DNA of 64,000 nt from Octopus bimaculoides (lineage: Eukaryota). The notes under the pieces were generated by a model, which saw only the letters and a list, made by a program, of their open reading frames with translations, had not been told where the DNA came from and ran no database searches. The stretch spans positions 47,989,234-48,053,233 of the forward strand of contig NC_068994.1 of the NCBI RefSeq assembly GCF_001194135.2. Direction: 5' to 3'. The translations under genes and the position numbers were made by a program. Below, in pieces: positions 40,240 to 55,214 of this stretch. Numbering within the stretch: position 1 is the first letter of the stretch; each line of letters starts with the position of its first letter.

Positions 40240-40467
40240 GATGTTATGGTTGTCGGTGAACCAACCCTGATGGGTGGGGAGTTTGGGGATGAAGATGAAC
40301 GTCTCATCACTCGTTTAGAGAACACTCAATATGAACCAAATGGTACAGAGGAAGAGCAAGAGTCCAAATTTCAGACTTCTCCAGCGCCATTGCAGCAGAG
40401 CCCATGGGCTCAGGATAAAAAGCCTCCTCCAAACCCTGCCAATCAAACAGAGGAGAAGACTGACTAA
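40240..40467 (+). CDS. LDB: LDB terminal exon with LIM-interaction domain (DVMVVGEPTLMGGEFGDEDERLITRLENTQY...TD*)
   Basis: Canonical LID sequence; tcttttcag| acceptor; TAA at 40465-40467. Confidence 0.98.
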   Translation, partial: DVMVVGEPTLMGGEFGDEDERLITRLENTQYEPNGTEEEQESKFQTSPAPLQQSPWAQDKKPPPNPANQTEEKTD

Positions 40468-40469
40468 CA

Positions 40470-40476
40470 TCAGACA

Positions 40477-40511
<35 letters not shown>

Positions 40512-41400
40512 ATACAGACAGAAAAACAAGATAATAGACACACACACACACTTGGACGTAAACATACACACACAGAGACATGAACATTATAATATATATA
40601 TATGTATAATATATATATACATAATACAATACAAAAACTGATGTGCAGCGTATGTGACAATGAGTGTCAGATGGTTTGGCTGCTTGCTCCTCCTCCTCTT
40701 CCTACTTCTCATCCTCCTCCTCCTCCTCCGACATCATCATCATCGTCGTCGTCATTCACACACTCACACACACATATATATATATATGTATGTATGTATA
40801 TACATACATACACACACACATACATGTACACAAAAATACATAAACACGCCCACACACACACAATTCCATATTGTCATTGGCAACATTATATTTTCCTGGA
40901 CAAATGTGAGTGTTGGTGCCTCTTTGTCGGCAAATATGTTTACTACCATTACTACTACTACTACTATATTACTATTAACTACTACCACCACCACTATTTT
41001 ATCATCACCAACACGACCATCACTGCTACTACTACTACTACTACTACTATTATTACTACTTTTCCTATTGGTCACTTTGTATAAAAGCTGCCACTACACA
41101 GTCTCTCTCTCTTTTTCTGTTGATTTGAAGAGAAAGAAAAAGAAAAGGGAAAAAAAAAAAAGAAAATGAAATTCGATAAAGATAAAATCTTGCAGTAATA
41201 ATTTCCAAAGAGAAAAATAAGTATTTAAAAATTTTTTTTTTAAATTAGAAACATAAATACAAAAAGAAAAAAACAACTGCAATAATAACAACAGCAAACA
41301 ACAATAATAATAATAATAACATCAACAACAACAATGACAGAATGAGATGGAAAAGAGAAAGAGGGAGAAGAGAAGGGACGGGTGATGGAGAGAGAAAGAT
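40470..41400 (+). repeat. Microsatellite-dense proximal 3' UTR of LDB ((CA)n, (CCT)n, (CAT)n, (CTA)n, (CAA)n)
   Basis: Directly visible downstream of the stop codon. Confidence 0.8.
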
Positions 41401-41510
41401 TTTTAAACAAAAGCCCGTTTGATAGTTCGGCTCTTATAAATTATAATAGTAATAATTATAGCCGCTTTTATATATATTTGTGTGTACGTGTGCATATATC
41501 TTACATAATG

Positions 41511-41542
<32 letters not shown>

Positions 41543-42659
41543 AATACACACATGCACAAATATATAATATAGCGTCTATATATATATATTATATAAAGTT
41601 TATCAATTTTTACTTCATTCATCTTCATCCCCCCCTCACACCCTAGTGGGTGCATGTATGGCTCACTCTATCCCTAAAGTAATCCCTACCACCACAATCT
41701 CCCCTGCCTTAGTTTTTTTTTTATGTTTTTGTTTTTTTTTAATTTTTATTTGTTTGTTTTTTAAAACTTATATTCCAATTTTGTTGTCATCTACTCTCTC
41801 TCTCTCTTTTTCTCACACAGTTTCTCTCTCCTCAACCATCTCTCTCTCTCTCTCTTTCTCACAATGTCTCTTCATCCCTGTCTGTCTTGGAGGGGATGGT
41901 CGGTCCTTCTGTTGTTCTGTTATAAACTTTGATTGATTCATTCTCCACTTATATTCTTGCATGTAGTCGACAAAGCACTCCCGTTCTTCTCTTCTTCTTT
42001 TTCACTGAGGTATCAGTCATTCAACTGTGGCCATGCTGGGGCACCACCTTCTAGAAAGAATCTAGTCAGTCAATTTAATTTATATAAATTCCTGGCACAA
42101 GTTTTACCATCTTGTACTTTATAACGAGCCAATGCTGGAGCTTACACAAGGTCGCTCTGCTTGCTAGACATAGTAGCTAGACCTCCCTCTAATCATACCT
42201 GTTAGTCTGGGATACACTCTGCCTAGAAAGAAAAGATGGGATATTCAAGGCTGCTGCTCATACAACCATCTTGGAGCTAGGAAAAAAGAAAAACTATTAC
42301 TTATTTTATTGACCTCAGATGGAAGATAAAATAAGTTCTTGGAGATCAAAGTCTTTTTCTTTCTCTCACTCTTTCTCTCTCTCCTCCCTTCTTAAGTGTA
42401 GAATCCTTACAGAACTTTTCTTTTTCTTTTGTATATAAGATTAGATAACAGTATTCCTCTTCATTAATTGATGAATTTGATTTAAAAAAAAGGACAATAG
42501 TTTACATTAGTTACTGTTATTTATAAGCTGTGTGTGGTTTGCTGTTATTGTTGTTCACAAACCTGAAGAAGAAAAATTTGTCGTTCTCTTCAGCTCCACA
42601 GATCATGTAAGTTTTGTACTTAGTACCTTCTCTGTTCTCGCTCTCTCTCTTTCTCCGTA

Positions 42660-42673
42660 TGTATATATATATA

Positions 42674-42714
<41 letters not shown>

Positions 42715-43302
42715 NNNNNNNNNNNNNNNNNNNNNNNNNNNNNNNNNNNNNNNNNNNNNNNNNNNNNNNNNNNNNNNNNNNNNNNNNNNNNNNNNNNNNN
42801 NNNNNNNNNNNNNNNNNNNNNNNNNNNNNNNNNNNNNNNNNNNNNNNNNNNNNNNNNNNNNNNNNNNNNNNNNNNNNNNNNNNNNNNNNNNNNNNNNNNN
42901 NNNNNNNNNNNNNNNNNNNNNNNNNNNNNNNNNNNNNNNNNNNNNNNNNNNNNNNNNNNNNNNNNNNNNNNNNNNNNNNNNNNNNNNNNNNNNNNNNNNN
43001 NNNNNNNNNNNNNNNNNNNNNNNNNNNNNNNNNNNNNNNNNNNNNNNNNNNNNNNNNNNNNNNNNNNNNNNNNNNNNNNNNNNNNNNNNNNNNNNNNNNN
43101 NNNNNNNNNNNNNNNNNNNNNNNNNNNNNNNNNNNNNNNNNNNNNNNNNNNNNNNNNNNNNNNNNNNNNNNNNNNNNNNNNNNNNNNNNNNNNNNNNNNN
43201 NNNNNNNNNNNNNNNNNNNNNNNNNNNNNNNNNNNNNNNNNNNNNNNNNNNNNNNNNNNNNNNNNNNNNNNNNNNNNNNNNNNNNNNNNNNNNNNNNNNN
43301 NN

Positions 43303-43342
<40 letters not shown>

Positions 43343-43450
43343 ACATATATATATATATATATATATATATTACATATATACATAATATATTATATGTATA
43401 TGATATATATTACATACATATATATATATGTTACGTATATATTACATGCA
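42660..43450. repeat. (AT)n-flanked assembly gap (N 42715-43302)
   Basis: Directly visible. Confidence 0.9.
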
Positions 43451-46400
43451 TATATATAAACATATGGTCTGTCAGTTGTTACACAATAAATATATTAAGT
43501 CAAAACAGAACAATGAAATAAGAACAGACCAGAAGTTAGCTCTTGAAATCTGGATATAATGATTGGTTTATTACAGCCCCGAGAAAACACTGAGTCCAGG
43601 ATTAGCCACACTTTTCATTGAAGTTTGATGACAGTTATTATCTGCGACATAAACTGATTGATAACTCCATCCAAAAGAAAGAAATGTTGCTTCGTCTGAC
43701 CAAATTGTGCAACCAAATAGGTATCAATGTCTCCTTGCAGATTTGACCTTGATGACGAAAATGCAGTGCTGCAATGTAATTGACTCGTATTTCTGAAATG
43801 AAGATTATGTACATATAATTTTATATAGTATTATTCAGCTAATGAAAACTTTGTTAGCAATAGCAATTACACTCCATAGTCAAGTATCACAACATTAGTG
43901 TGTAACAACTTGGATCAGGCCATGTGTGTATTTGTCAAACACAAACACACACACACACACAAGTACACACTCACACACGTATGTATTTGTGCCCCAGCAT
44001 GGCTACAGTCAAATGATTAATGTGAATAAAAGGAATGTGCGTATGTGTGCATTTATATATCAAAGTTTTTTTTTTTTTTCAATGACTGATAAAAGTGAAA
44101 AGTGTGAATATGTGTATATAAAAAATATCACATAGATGTGTATACATATAAAAATATATATGTATGTGTGTGTGTGTGTGTTTCTATCTACCCACTCAAA
44201 TGAAATGTTCTTAGCTTCATTTCCTTCCCACCTTTTGCTCTCTCTCTTAAATATATATTCTTCTCACCACCTACCTACCTACCTACCTCTCTTGTAATCT
44301 AACTAAAAACAGAAGGGTTCTCATTTTGCTATTCTTTCTCTCTATGGACATTGACCTCCCAAGTTGTATGTTACTCTCTTCATAACCCCCACCCCNNNNN
44401 NNNNNNNNNNNNNNNNNNNNNNNNNNNNNNNNNNNNNNNNNNNNNNNNNNNNNNNNNNNNNNNNNNNNNNNNNNNNNNNNNNNNNNNNNNNNNNNNNNNN
44501 NNNNNNNNNNNNNNNNNNNNNNNNNNNNNNNNNNNNNNNNNNNNNNNNNNNNNNNNNNNNNNNNNNNNNNNNNNNNNNNNNNNNNNNNNNNNNNNNNNNN
44601 NNNNNNNNNNNNNNNNNNNNNNNNNNNNNNNNNNNNNNNNNNNNNNNNNNNNNNNNNNNNNNNNNNNNNNNNNNNNNNNAAGAGAAAAACGAAAATTGAA
44701 AAAGAGAGAGTGATCTCTTGCAAATAATGTTGAAAGGAAGAAGAAAAATTTGAAATTATATAAATGTCTATATAAAAAAAAAACAAAAAAAAAGAAAATG
44801 GAAAAAACCTGGGAATTAATGATATTTTGTGTTCATTTCTCTTATTTATTTTATCTTGACTTATCTTCATTTTGTTGTTCGACTGATTGAGAAATTCTGT
44901 AAAAAAAAAAATGTTGGCGGTGCTGTCTTTTCCTACTTCCTAGTCCCATCACATGTTCAAATATCACCACCATGGCAACGATTAATCCTCACCTCTCTTT
45001 CCTCTTCCTTTAGAAATCTATAAAACAAAAAGATCCGTCGAATATAGCTTGACTGTATACAACACCCACTTCAAAGAAAAAAAATTTTTTAAACTATCAA
45101 GTATTTGCTTTTACACTTGAATTATTGAAGCCTGCTCTTTCAAAAGTTTTCATAGATTTAATTGTCAATAAATTTCACAAGTTATATAGGGAAGCTTGTA
45201 TGTGAATCAGAGATATTAATTATAGCATGCCTTTTTAAAACAATAACAAAATTAACGCTTTCTCTCTTTTCACTGGCTTCTGTCGTTCGACTATAACCAT
45301 CTGGGGCACTATCTTCTGAGATATAGTTGATTACATCAACACCTTCTTAGTGCTAATTTTTTTAGTGACCACAGAAGAATGAAAAACAAAATAGACATGA
45401 GCAGGATTTAATCTCCAAACAATGTAATACCTATATCTGTTCTATCAGTTCTGCAGTCCAGCCCATAATTTACATAATTAATCATCATTCACATAGTGTG
45501 TATTGGTCAATTCTTCATGACCATATAAATACCGGTTCTACATATACACAAACATATACATACACGAGCAGAATAAAAGTGGAGATTTGGTTTAAGATTT
45601 TTTTTTATTTATTTTTTTTTTTTGTTATAAACATCATAAATTAGTGTTTACACGTGTTTCACTAGCATCTACTAGTATACCATGTGGTAACCATTACAAA
45701 GATGATTGCATAATTACATTATAACACCAGATCATCAGAAAGGAAGCGTAATTTAATCCAGCATCAGTTGGTTAGCAGAGCCCAACTGAGAACTGCATGT
45801 ATATTCAGAATATTCTATATATAGCCATTAAAAGGATTTTTTTTATTTTATTTCATCTGTCTATATATAATTAGATGGTTATCAATATAAAGAATAGTAT
45901 ACAGTCTTAACCAGATTACACACAGACAGCATGACACAAGTTCCAAATCATATCTTATGGATTGTCTTATCTATAGATGGTCACTTAAGATATTTAAAGT
46001 CAAAATTATTTTACATCAACTCTGGAGTTGATATATATATATATATATTATTCTCCGAACCTTTCTGGTTTAAGCCACAGTTTGGTTTTCCTTTAAGAAA
46101 AATATTCATCTCATCAGTGCTGTAAATAAATTCATATATTTTATTCATAGTTTAAGTTGAATATTTTTACCTTTTCTATCCTCATAGAAGATCCATGAAA
46201 CTTTACAATTAATTTACTTTAATTTCTAGTTAACAACAATTATTACCTTATTTATTACTGTGTCGTTACAAGTTTTTAGATATTTTACTCTGAGAATTAA
46301 GTTCAATTTGTGCGTGGATGGCCCCCTTCCCCCCATTCATTATGTATCATAAACGAAGCTTAGCCTTCTGCTTGGTATAAACATGACCAAACTCTTTGTT

Positions 46401-47296
46401 CAATGCCAGGAATGATGTTGCCTAATTCATATAATAAATAAATAAATATGTATATATAAATAAATATATATTATCATTATTATTATCTTTCATCGAATCC
46501 TATCTATCTATCTTTATCTTTCTGTCCCTTCCCATTTTGAGTCACTGACGGAACAACCAGATAAATGTGTTCTGAAGATTTGCTCAGTTGTTTCAAGTCT
46601 TCTACTTCCATGAAGCAGAAGCAACGTTGGGGAGGAGGAGGTCTTCATTTAAAGAACTGGGTGAGGAACAATTAGATGAAAAAGAAGAAAAAAAAGAAAA
46701 CTATCATGGAGTTCACAAGTTCTTGCCAACACTTCAAAATCAACACAAGAATTTTTTTTTTTGTTAAACACATATATATATATATATACATACTACTTGT
46801 GAACAAATCCATTCTATTGAAATTCCTGACAATGGTTCCATCTCCTTCATCCAAGTCAGTTCTGAGAGGAATAAACAAATAACCTCATTGCTGTGACTGA
46901 CTCTGAAGTTAGTCATGTGATACAAAGCCGATCACTCCCACCCCCACCTCCTCCCCATCACACAACCTTCATTCTTGGTGACTTTTTGTCACAACCAACC
47001 AGTCTTTAAAGTAGTCCACATTTGTTTATTGTCAAACATCTCATGTCTATAATCATTTTTCTCTCTCTCTCTCTCTTTCTATCCTCCTCTCATCAATAAA
47101 GATTGTGGTTGAACATTCTTGGAATTGTTTTGATTAATTCCACCTTATTTTCAGATATGAAATAACGAAACTGCGGGACACCATCCAACTTTTTGAAACA
47201 AAGTTAATCGGTTGTACCAAAAAAAAAAAAATACTTATAATAATCATTGCCCTTGGCTGTTTTTAATATCTTTTGGTACATATATACACAAAGACA

Positions 47297-47452
47297 CAGG
47301 CATAACTGTGTGTTGAGAAGCTTGCTTCTTGGCCACATGGTTCCTGGTTCAGTTTCGCTGCATTGCACCTTGGGCAAGTGTCTTCTACTATAGCCCCATG
47401 CAGACCAAAGCCTTGTGAGTAGATTTGGTAAACAGAAACTGGAAGTTCATCA

Positions 47453-47480
<28 letters not shown>
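47297..47480 (+). mobile_element. SINE family B ending in (AT)n
   Basis: GCACCTTGGGCAAGTGTCTTCTACTATAGCC..CCAAAGCCTTGTGAGT core; related copies near 22340, 12900(-), 16700(-) and 33170(-). Confidence 0.75.
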
Positions 47481-47483
<3 letters not shown>

Positions 47484-47682
47484 GTGCATGCACACATACA
47501 TATGTAAACACATAAAGGCAAAACAAGATGGAAGAAAATAGTACTCAAATACCAAAGATAGGCTTTAATAAAAAGTGTATTACTCTGTTTGACAAGTGGT
47601 ACATGAATCTTGTGAGACTTTGATAAAAAGTGTCTGTGTGTGTGTGTATGTATGTATGTGTATATATATATCTACACACACA

Positions 47683-47770
47683 CAAGGGTTGGACAAAACA
47701 ATGGAAAATTTCAAACAAATTTATTTTAATATGGGATAGGATCACCTTTGGCAGTAATTACAGTTTGAAT
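47683..47770 (+). mobile_element. Possible Tc1/mariner terminal repeat fragment
   Basis: CAAGGGTTGGACAAAACAATGGAAA resembles Tc1-family ends as I recall them; partner end not found. Confidence 0.3.
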
Positions 47771-47772
47771 TC

Positions 47773-48090
47773 TATGAGGTGTGGACTCGTACAAAGTTAT
47801 AATGCAGACAGACACAGCAGTTCAATATACCTGAGGTTCTTAAAGAAAATACTGAGGGTAACATGCACAAAGTGTCTAATGAAGATGACCCAGGCTGCAG
47901 TAAATAGGAAACTGGTTTGATGAGAAGATCCGAACAACTGAGATATCTTGGTCATGTGATGAGGTAAGGTGGCCTGGAGAATTTTGTGGTAAGCACCTAG
48001 TATATATTTGAAAAGAAGCAGAAGGATGATGTGGATATCAAGCTTGGCAAACTAATTGGAATAGAGGCATTAAACATCAGGAGGTGGAAT
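47773..48090 (+). mobile_element. LINE (RTE-like) 3' fragment
   Basis: YEVWTRTK, FLKKILRV..KVSNE and QLRYLGHVMR motifs with frameshifts. Confidence 0.7.
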
Positions 48091-49118
48091 TAGGACAGAA
48101 AAAACAAGTTTTTGCTTTTCTGTGCTATATAGACTTCAGGTTTTATAATAGTTTAATTTGCAGTAAATGTAACAATGTTTCAATTTCTAAGTCATCACCA
48201 ATTTTAACATCCATCTTCCATACTGGCAACGGTTGTTACATTGACAGCATCCAATAAATCAGAGAACTGCACTGCACTAATGTCTGCTTTAGCATAGTTT
48301 CTGCAATTAGACACCCTTCCTAATGCAACCAGTTTTCAAATATATGCAGGGTGCTATTTTTCATGACCCCTATAACTGAAAGAGAATAGAAGCATAGAGT
48401 AACAGAATAGACATGACTGTAGGAGGAAATAGAAAGAATTGCTGAAGGATACTCAAAAGAGGTATATGGAAAGGTAGAGATTAAGGTAAGAGTACGTGTT
48501 GGGTGACACATGAAGCTAGTGTATTGAATATGGCAGGTCCAATGCAGCCTTTTATATGTGGGTCAGAGAAGGACAAGGAAGTCAGTGAAGTAGTCTACCC
48601 AGGTAGTAGAGGGACAGGTATGAGTCTATGACTGGAGAAGCAACAAGTCAGGGATAGTGATGCAAAAAAATAAGACTAACCTAGCAAGGAACAAAATATA
48701 AACAGAAGGCCAAAAGTCAGTCTTAACTGCATATTGCAATGTAGGCATAATCTGATGGCTCCCACCGTTGCACTAACAACAGTTTTATATTTCACAACTT
48801 AAACCTCACAATATGACAGCTTCTAAAGACACTGCCATTCTGTAAGTGATTGTAGGTGAGGAACAGATATACATCCACACTTTCTATAACACCACCCTCA
48901 TGTCAAGGTAAGTTCTTCGAGAAGCAGACAGGTCTTCTGTAAAACCAATCTAGACAGTGTTTCGTCATCTTACCTATGGGAAGCAGCATCTTCAGACCAG
49001 CTTTCCTTCTCGTCCCCACTTTAACATTCAGCAGTGAAAGCAATTTCCAGAAATTAGACTGGACTCTATTTGACATGAAACTTCATTTGATCCTTCATTT
49101 AATACTGTAGGGTAATCA

Positions 49119-49275
49119 ATGTCGTGGCACTCCATCGGTTACAATGACGAGGGTTCCTGCTCATGTAATTAACATGCAAGTGGCTGAGCACTCCTCAGAC
49201 GCATGTACCTTTAACGTATTCTCAGGGAGATTCAGCATGATGAGGCTGGCCCTTTGAAATACAGGTACAACAGAA
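49119..49275 (+). repeat. Interspersed repeat fragment
   Basis: Shares GCTGGCCCTTTGAA..AGGTACA-type block with about 57200; unclassified. Confidence 0.45.
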
Positions 49276-49745
49276 AGAGAAAGTTGTGGTGAAAGAGTAC
49301 AGAATGGAGTAAGAATTTTAAAACTGCTTTTTGTGATGATTTTTCAAAAGTGGCTGGACTAGCCAGCCTTTCCAAGAAAGCAAAACCATTAGATTTTTTT
49401 AACTCTTTGTTGGCAGAAAAGAATCATTAATCAACATAAACAAAGAGGAAACCCGAGTGTTTTTACTATCAACATTATTATCATCATCATCGTTGTTAAC
49501 TGGTTAGTGGAAACAGTCTAAATTCACTTTAGAATTTATCATAGTCCTAGGTACCCCATTAATTGTACCTATTTTAGGATGGTAAGGAGATTGCTAATTC
49601 AGGTGAAGGAGGCTCATGGGATTGAATTCATATATTGACGTTAGACCAACCATTCATTACATGAATTTTTTTTTTTTTAATGGCTGTAGTCAAGCAAAAT
49701 TTAAAGTTGTAAAAGAGTCTCACAAGTTTTAATTTTAATAAAAGT

Positions 49746-49751
49746 TTTATT
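49746..49751 (-). terminator. Polyadenylation signal AATAAA for SRSF10
   Basis: TTTATT on plus strand about 100 nt past the stop codon. Confidence 0.55.
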
Positions 49752-49852
49752 TCAATGAAACATGGAGGGGGATTGTGTAATTTACAGCATGAGACAGACA
49801 GTCTAAAAGAAATTAAAAATACATGAACCTATGAAAAAATATATATAATACA

Positions 49853-49943
49853 CTAGTCTTGAGGGCTATCTGCCTTCTGGTCATCCTGTCCAGAGCCATC
49901 TTTACCCCCTGACTGGGATGAAGACCTGCTGTAAGACCGAGAC
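49853..49943 (-). CDS. SRSF10: SRSF10 terminal coding exon (SRSYSRSSSQSGGKDGSGQDDQKADSPQD*)
   Basis: Long pyrimidine tract ttctttccag|; in frame to TAG; AATAAA about 100 nt downstream. Confidence 0.9.
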
Positions 49944-50071
49944 CTGGAAAGAAAAAAAACAAAAAGATTCAGTAGTTAAATCTTAAATGCACAAAGAAAG
50001 GAAACTTTCAATGAACTGTCATGACATACAATGAAAAAATTTGTGATCAGTTTATGTCAGTATGTTCGTAC

Positions 50072-50176
50072 CTGAGTGTGTGATCCTTCTGGTCACCAGA
50101 TACAGACCTACGTGGAGATGGGCTGCTTCTTCTACGATCATAAGACCTTGATCTGCTGCGAGAACGACTGTAAGAC
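50072..50176 (-). CDS. SRSF10: SRSF10 RS-domain exon (SYSRSRSRSRSYDRRRSSPSPRRSVSGDQKDHTL)
   Basis: ttattgtag| and |gtacga; 105 nt; phase 2-2. Confidence 0.9.
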
Positions 50177-51037
50177 CTACAATAAAGGAAACAACGAGAG
50201 CAATCAGAAAGCTTTGTTTTAAATGGTAAACTTTTACTACTGTTAGATTTACCAACCCACCAATTGCTAGGGTATCCAAGGACATGCACATTTTTTTTAT
50301 TCATATTTAAATCAAACCATCAACATAAATCTTACTGTATTGTACACTGAGCAACATTTTTACAAAGATTTTAGGTTGTCAATTGTTTTCCATATTTTAA
50401 CCAATCCCACCTTCACCATTAGAGTTGAATGCTTTAAATTAAATAAACTTCAAATTTAATAAAGTGACCAAAGTTGATTTTCAAATACAGCAAATAAATT
50501 CAAAATAATATAGACCCAATTAATCGTTCTCATAAATCAAAACCAATTTACTATTTACTGCCATTCCAATTCAAGTGTACCTTGTAATTACAAAAAATTT
50601 AAAAGGAAAAAAAGGAGGAACAAATCAAATTCAACTGAACGGTTTTACTGTTATTCTAATATTGGTTAACTATATTTAAACAAAATTTTAAATAACTCCA
50701 TATTTCAGATCCTACTTGATAATTTTGAGGCTGAAAATTTGACAGATTTTTTCTTTTACATATTTAAACCATTATTTTAATACATTACATAATAAAATTA
50801 TTTAACAGTAGCTTAATTCAAAGTGGGACAGTATTTTTTTGGTTAAAAATAGAGTAATGAAAGTGTTAAAATTACATGTTTGTCATATACTTGCTGGTTT
50901 CTTCTCTAGAGATAACCAAATGATCTAAGAGAATAGGTTGACTATAACCCCAAAAGTGGTGGGAGCTAATTACAGTAATGTACTTATTGCAGTAGTCTAA
51001 GTTAGTAAAAGGACCAAAAGAAAAAATTATAACCTAC

Positions 51038-51073
51038 CTATGTCTGCGTGGAGATCTGCTTCGACTGCGTCGA
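51038..51073 (-). CDS. SRSF10: SRSF10 RS-domain exon (RRSRSRSPRRH)
   Basis: tttgtag| and |gtaggt; 36 nt; phase 2-2. Confidence 0.88.
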   Translation of the reverse strand, partial: STQSKQISTQT

Positions 51074-51566
51074 CTACAAACACAGAAAATATTTTAAGCA
51101 GAATAATTCAGTAAATTTAAAAGTGAGAAGCATTATCACCAACTACATTAAGATAATTCACCAGCCAATACATAAAAATATATCTATTCATTCAGATCTT
51201 CCCTGAATGGGTACTGTTATTTTGCAGTACCCATTTCTCATACACTGAAGTTGCTTCTACTCTGGCTGTCAGTTTTTTAATAAGCAAGTAACTTTACACC
51301 ATTATCATCACCAATCCCACGTTGAAAAAGAAACTGATTACCATCTTTTTACTATTTTACATTTTCCATGCTAGGATAGTTTATTCATATGACGAAGATT
51401 ATGAATCCTAAGTAGGAGCAGATTATTATAATCATCATCATTTATGAAACGGCTTGCACAGAAATCATATAATGACATGAGTAATATCTAAACTGTTGAC
51501 AATGCGATCAGTAAACAATTCGTTAACTTCAGTCATTTTGCTTAAGTAAATTCTTACAATACATAC

Positions 51567-51608
51567 CTTTTCCTAGTGCTGCCACCATTAGGGCTCCTTG
51601 AACGAGAT
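51567..51608 (-). CDS. SRSF10: SRSF10 RS-domain exon (SRSRSPNGGSTRK)
   Basis: ttcttacag| and |gtatgt; 42 nt; phase 2-2; RS dipeptides in frame. Confidence 0.88.
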
Positions 51609-51778
51609 CTGTAAGAAGAAATTAGGGGTAGAGTAGAGAATGGCCCACACACACACATTAATTCCAATTAAAAGTTTCAAACCCTTCCTCAACCTTAGTA
51701 ACAGCACAGCACTCCTGGCAAAAATATACCCTCTCCCTCCCGTAGCTGGCATTTTTTTATCATTTTAAGTTCACTTAC

Positions 51779-51911
51779 CTTGGACTCCTACTTCTTGATC
51801 TGTAACCTCGTCTGCTGCCTCGTCTGTCATAATAATCATCATAGTAACGACTACGATATGGTGATAACGAACTGCGTCTCATTTTTTCTTTGTTTCTCAT
51901 TTGTGATGGTG
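51779..51911 (-). CDS. SRSF10: SRSF10 exon (TPSQMRNKEKMRRSSLSPYRSRYYDDYYDRRGSRRGYRSRSRSPR)
   Basis: TPxQM motif as in human KTPNQMK; ctttag| and |gtaagt; phase 1 to 2. Confidence 0.93.
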
Positions 51912-52262
51912 CTAAAGTTAAAAAAAACAAATTTACACCCAGTTTCAATTATACAACTGCAACAACTCTTTACATACTAGCAATCCCACAGTAACCACCA
52001 TTCATAGCAGTGATGCAAGAACATCTGTTATAAGCATTGCCAATACACCAGCACTTGTATCATTTGAGAAAAGAATTGGAGTTTATATAGCTTTATGTAC
52101 CTTGTCCAAGGCAACAAGTCATACAAATGGAGTCTTTTTGGTTGACTGATTTGTTAGAAATAGCAACCAAACCACATCCAACAGTTTAACAAAATGGCAT
52201 GGAAAGCCACATTCACAATGTAGTCCTGCATACACTGTCTGAAAAAAGAGCTGATCACAACC

Positions 52263-52449
52263 TTGACCAGAGGTCCATTGGATCAGGACTGACCTGGGCT
52301 GAAAATACAGGTAAATATAAAATCACATATCAGCTTACAGCTTAGAAAACAATGAAACAAGTTGACCATAGGTCCACTGGATCAGGACTGACCTGGGCTA
52401 AAAATAATAAGTAAATATAACATTGCATATGAGAAAACAATGAAACAAG
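52263..52449. repeat. Imperfect tandem duplication (99 + 88 nt) in SRSF10 intron 3
   Basis: TTGACCA.AGGTCCA.TGGATCAGGACTGACCTGGGCT...AGAAAACAATGAAACAAG occurs twice head-to-tail. Confidence 0.85.
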
Positions 52450-52459
52450 TCATACTTAC

Positions 52460-52563
52460 TTTTTCTGTCTCCTCTAGCAAATTCTATCTGTAGGTTCTTC
52501 CCATAAAAGTTACTGGCATCGAGGTGGTACAATGCATCATCAGCATCTCTAGGGTCTTCAAAT
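52460..52563 (-). CDS. SRSF10: SRSF10 RRM C-terminal exon (QFEDPRDADDALYHLDASNFYGKNLQIEFARGDRK)
   Basis: Matches [34 protein letters not shown]; preceded by TCCTTAAC...GATAC| (U12 acceptor), followed by |gtaagt; 104 nt. Confidence 0.96.

Positions 52564-55214
<2,651 letters not shown>

Noticed and set aside
49737-49751. Back-to-back AATAAA on both strands
   Set aside because: Would need a 9-kb LDB 3' UTR; such hexamers are frequent in this AT-rich sequence.
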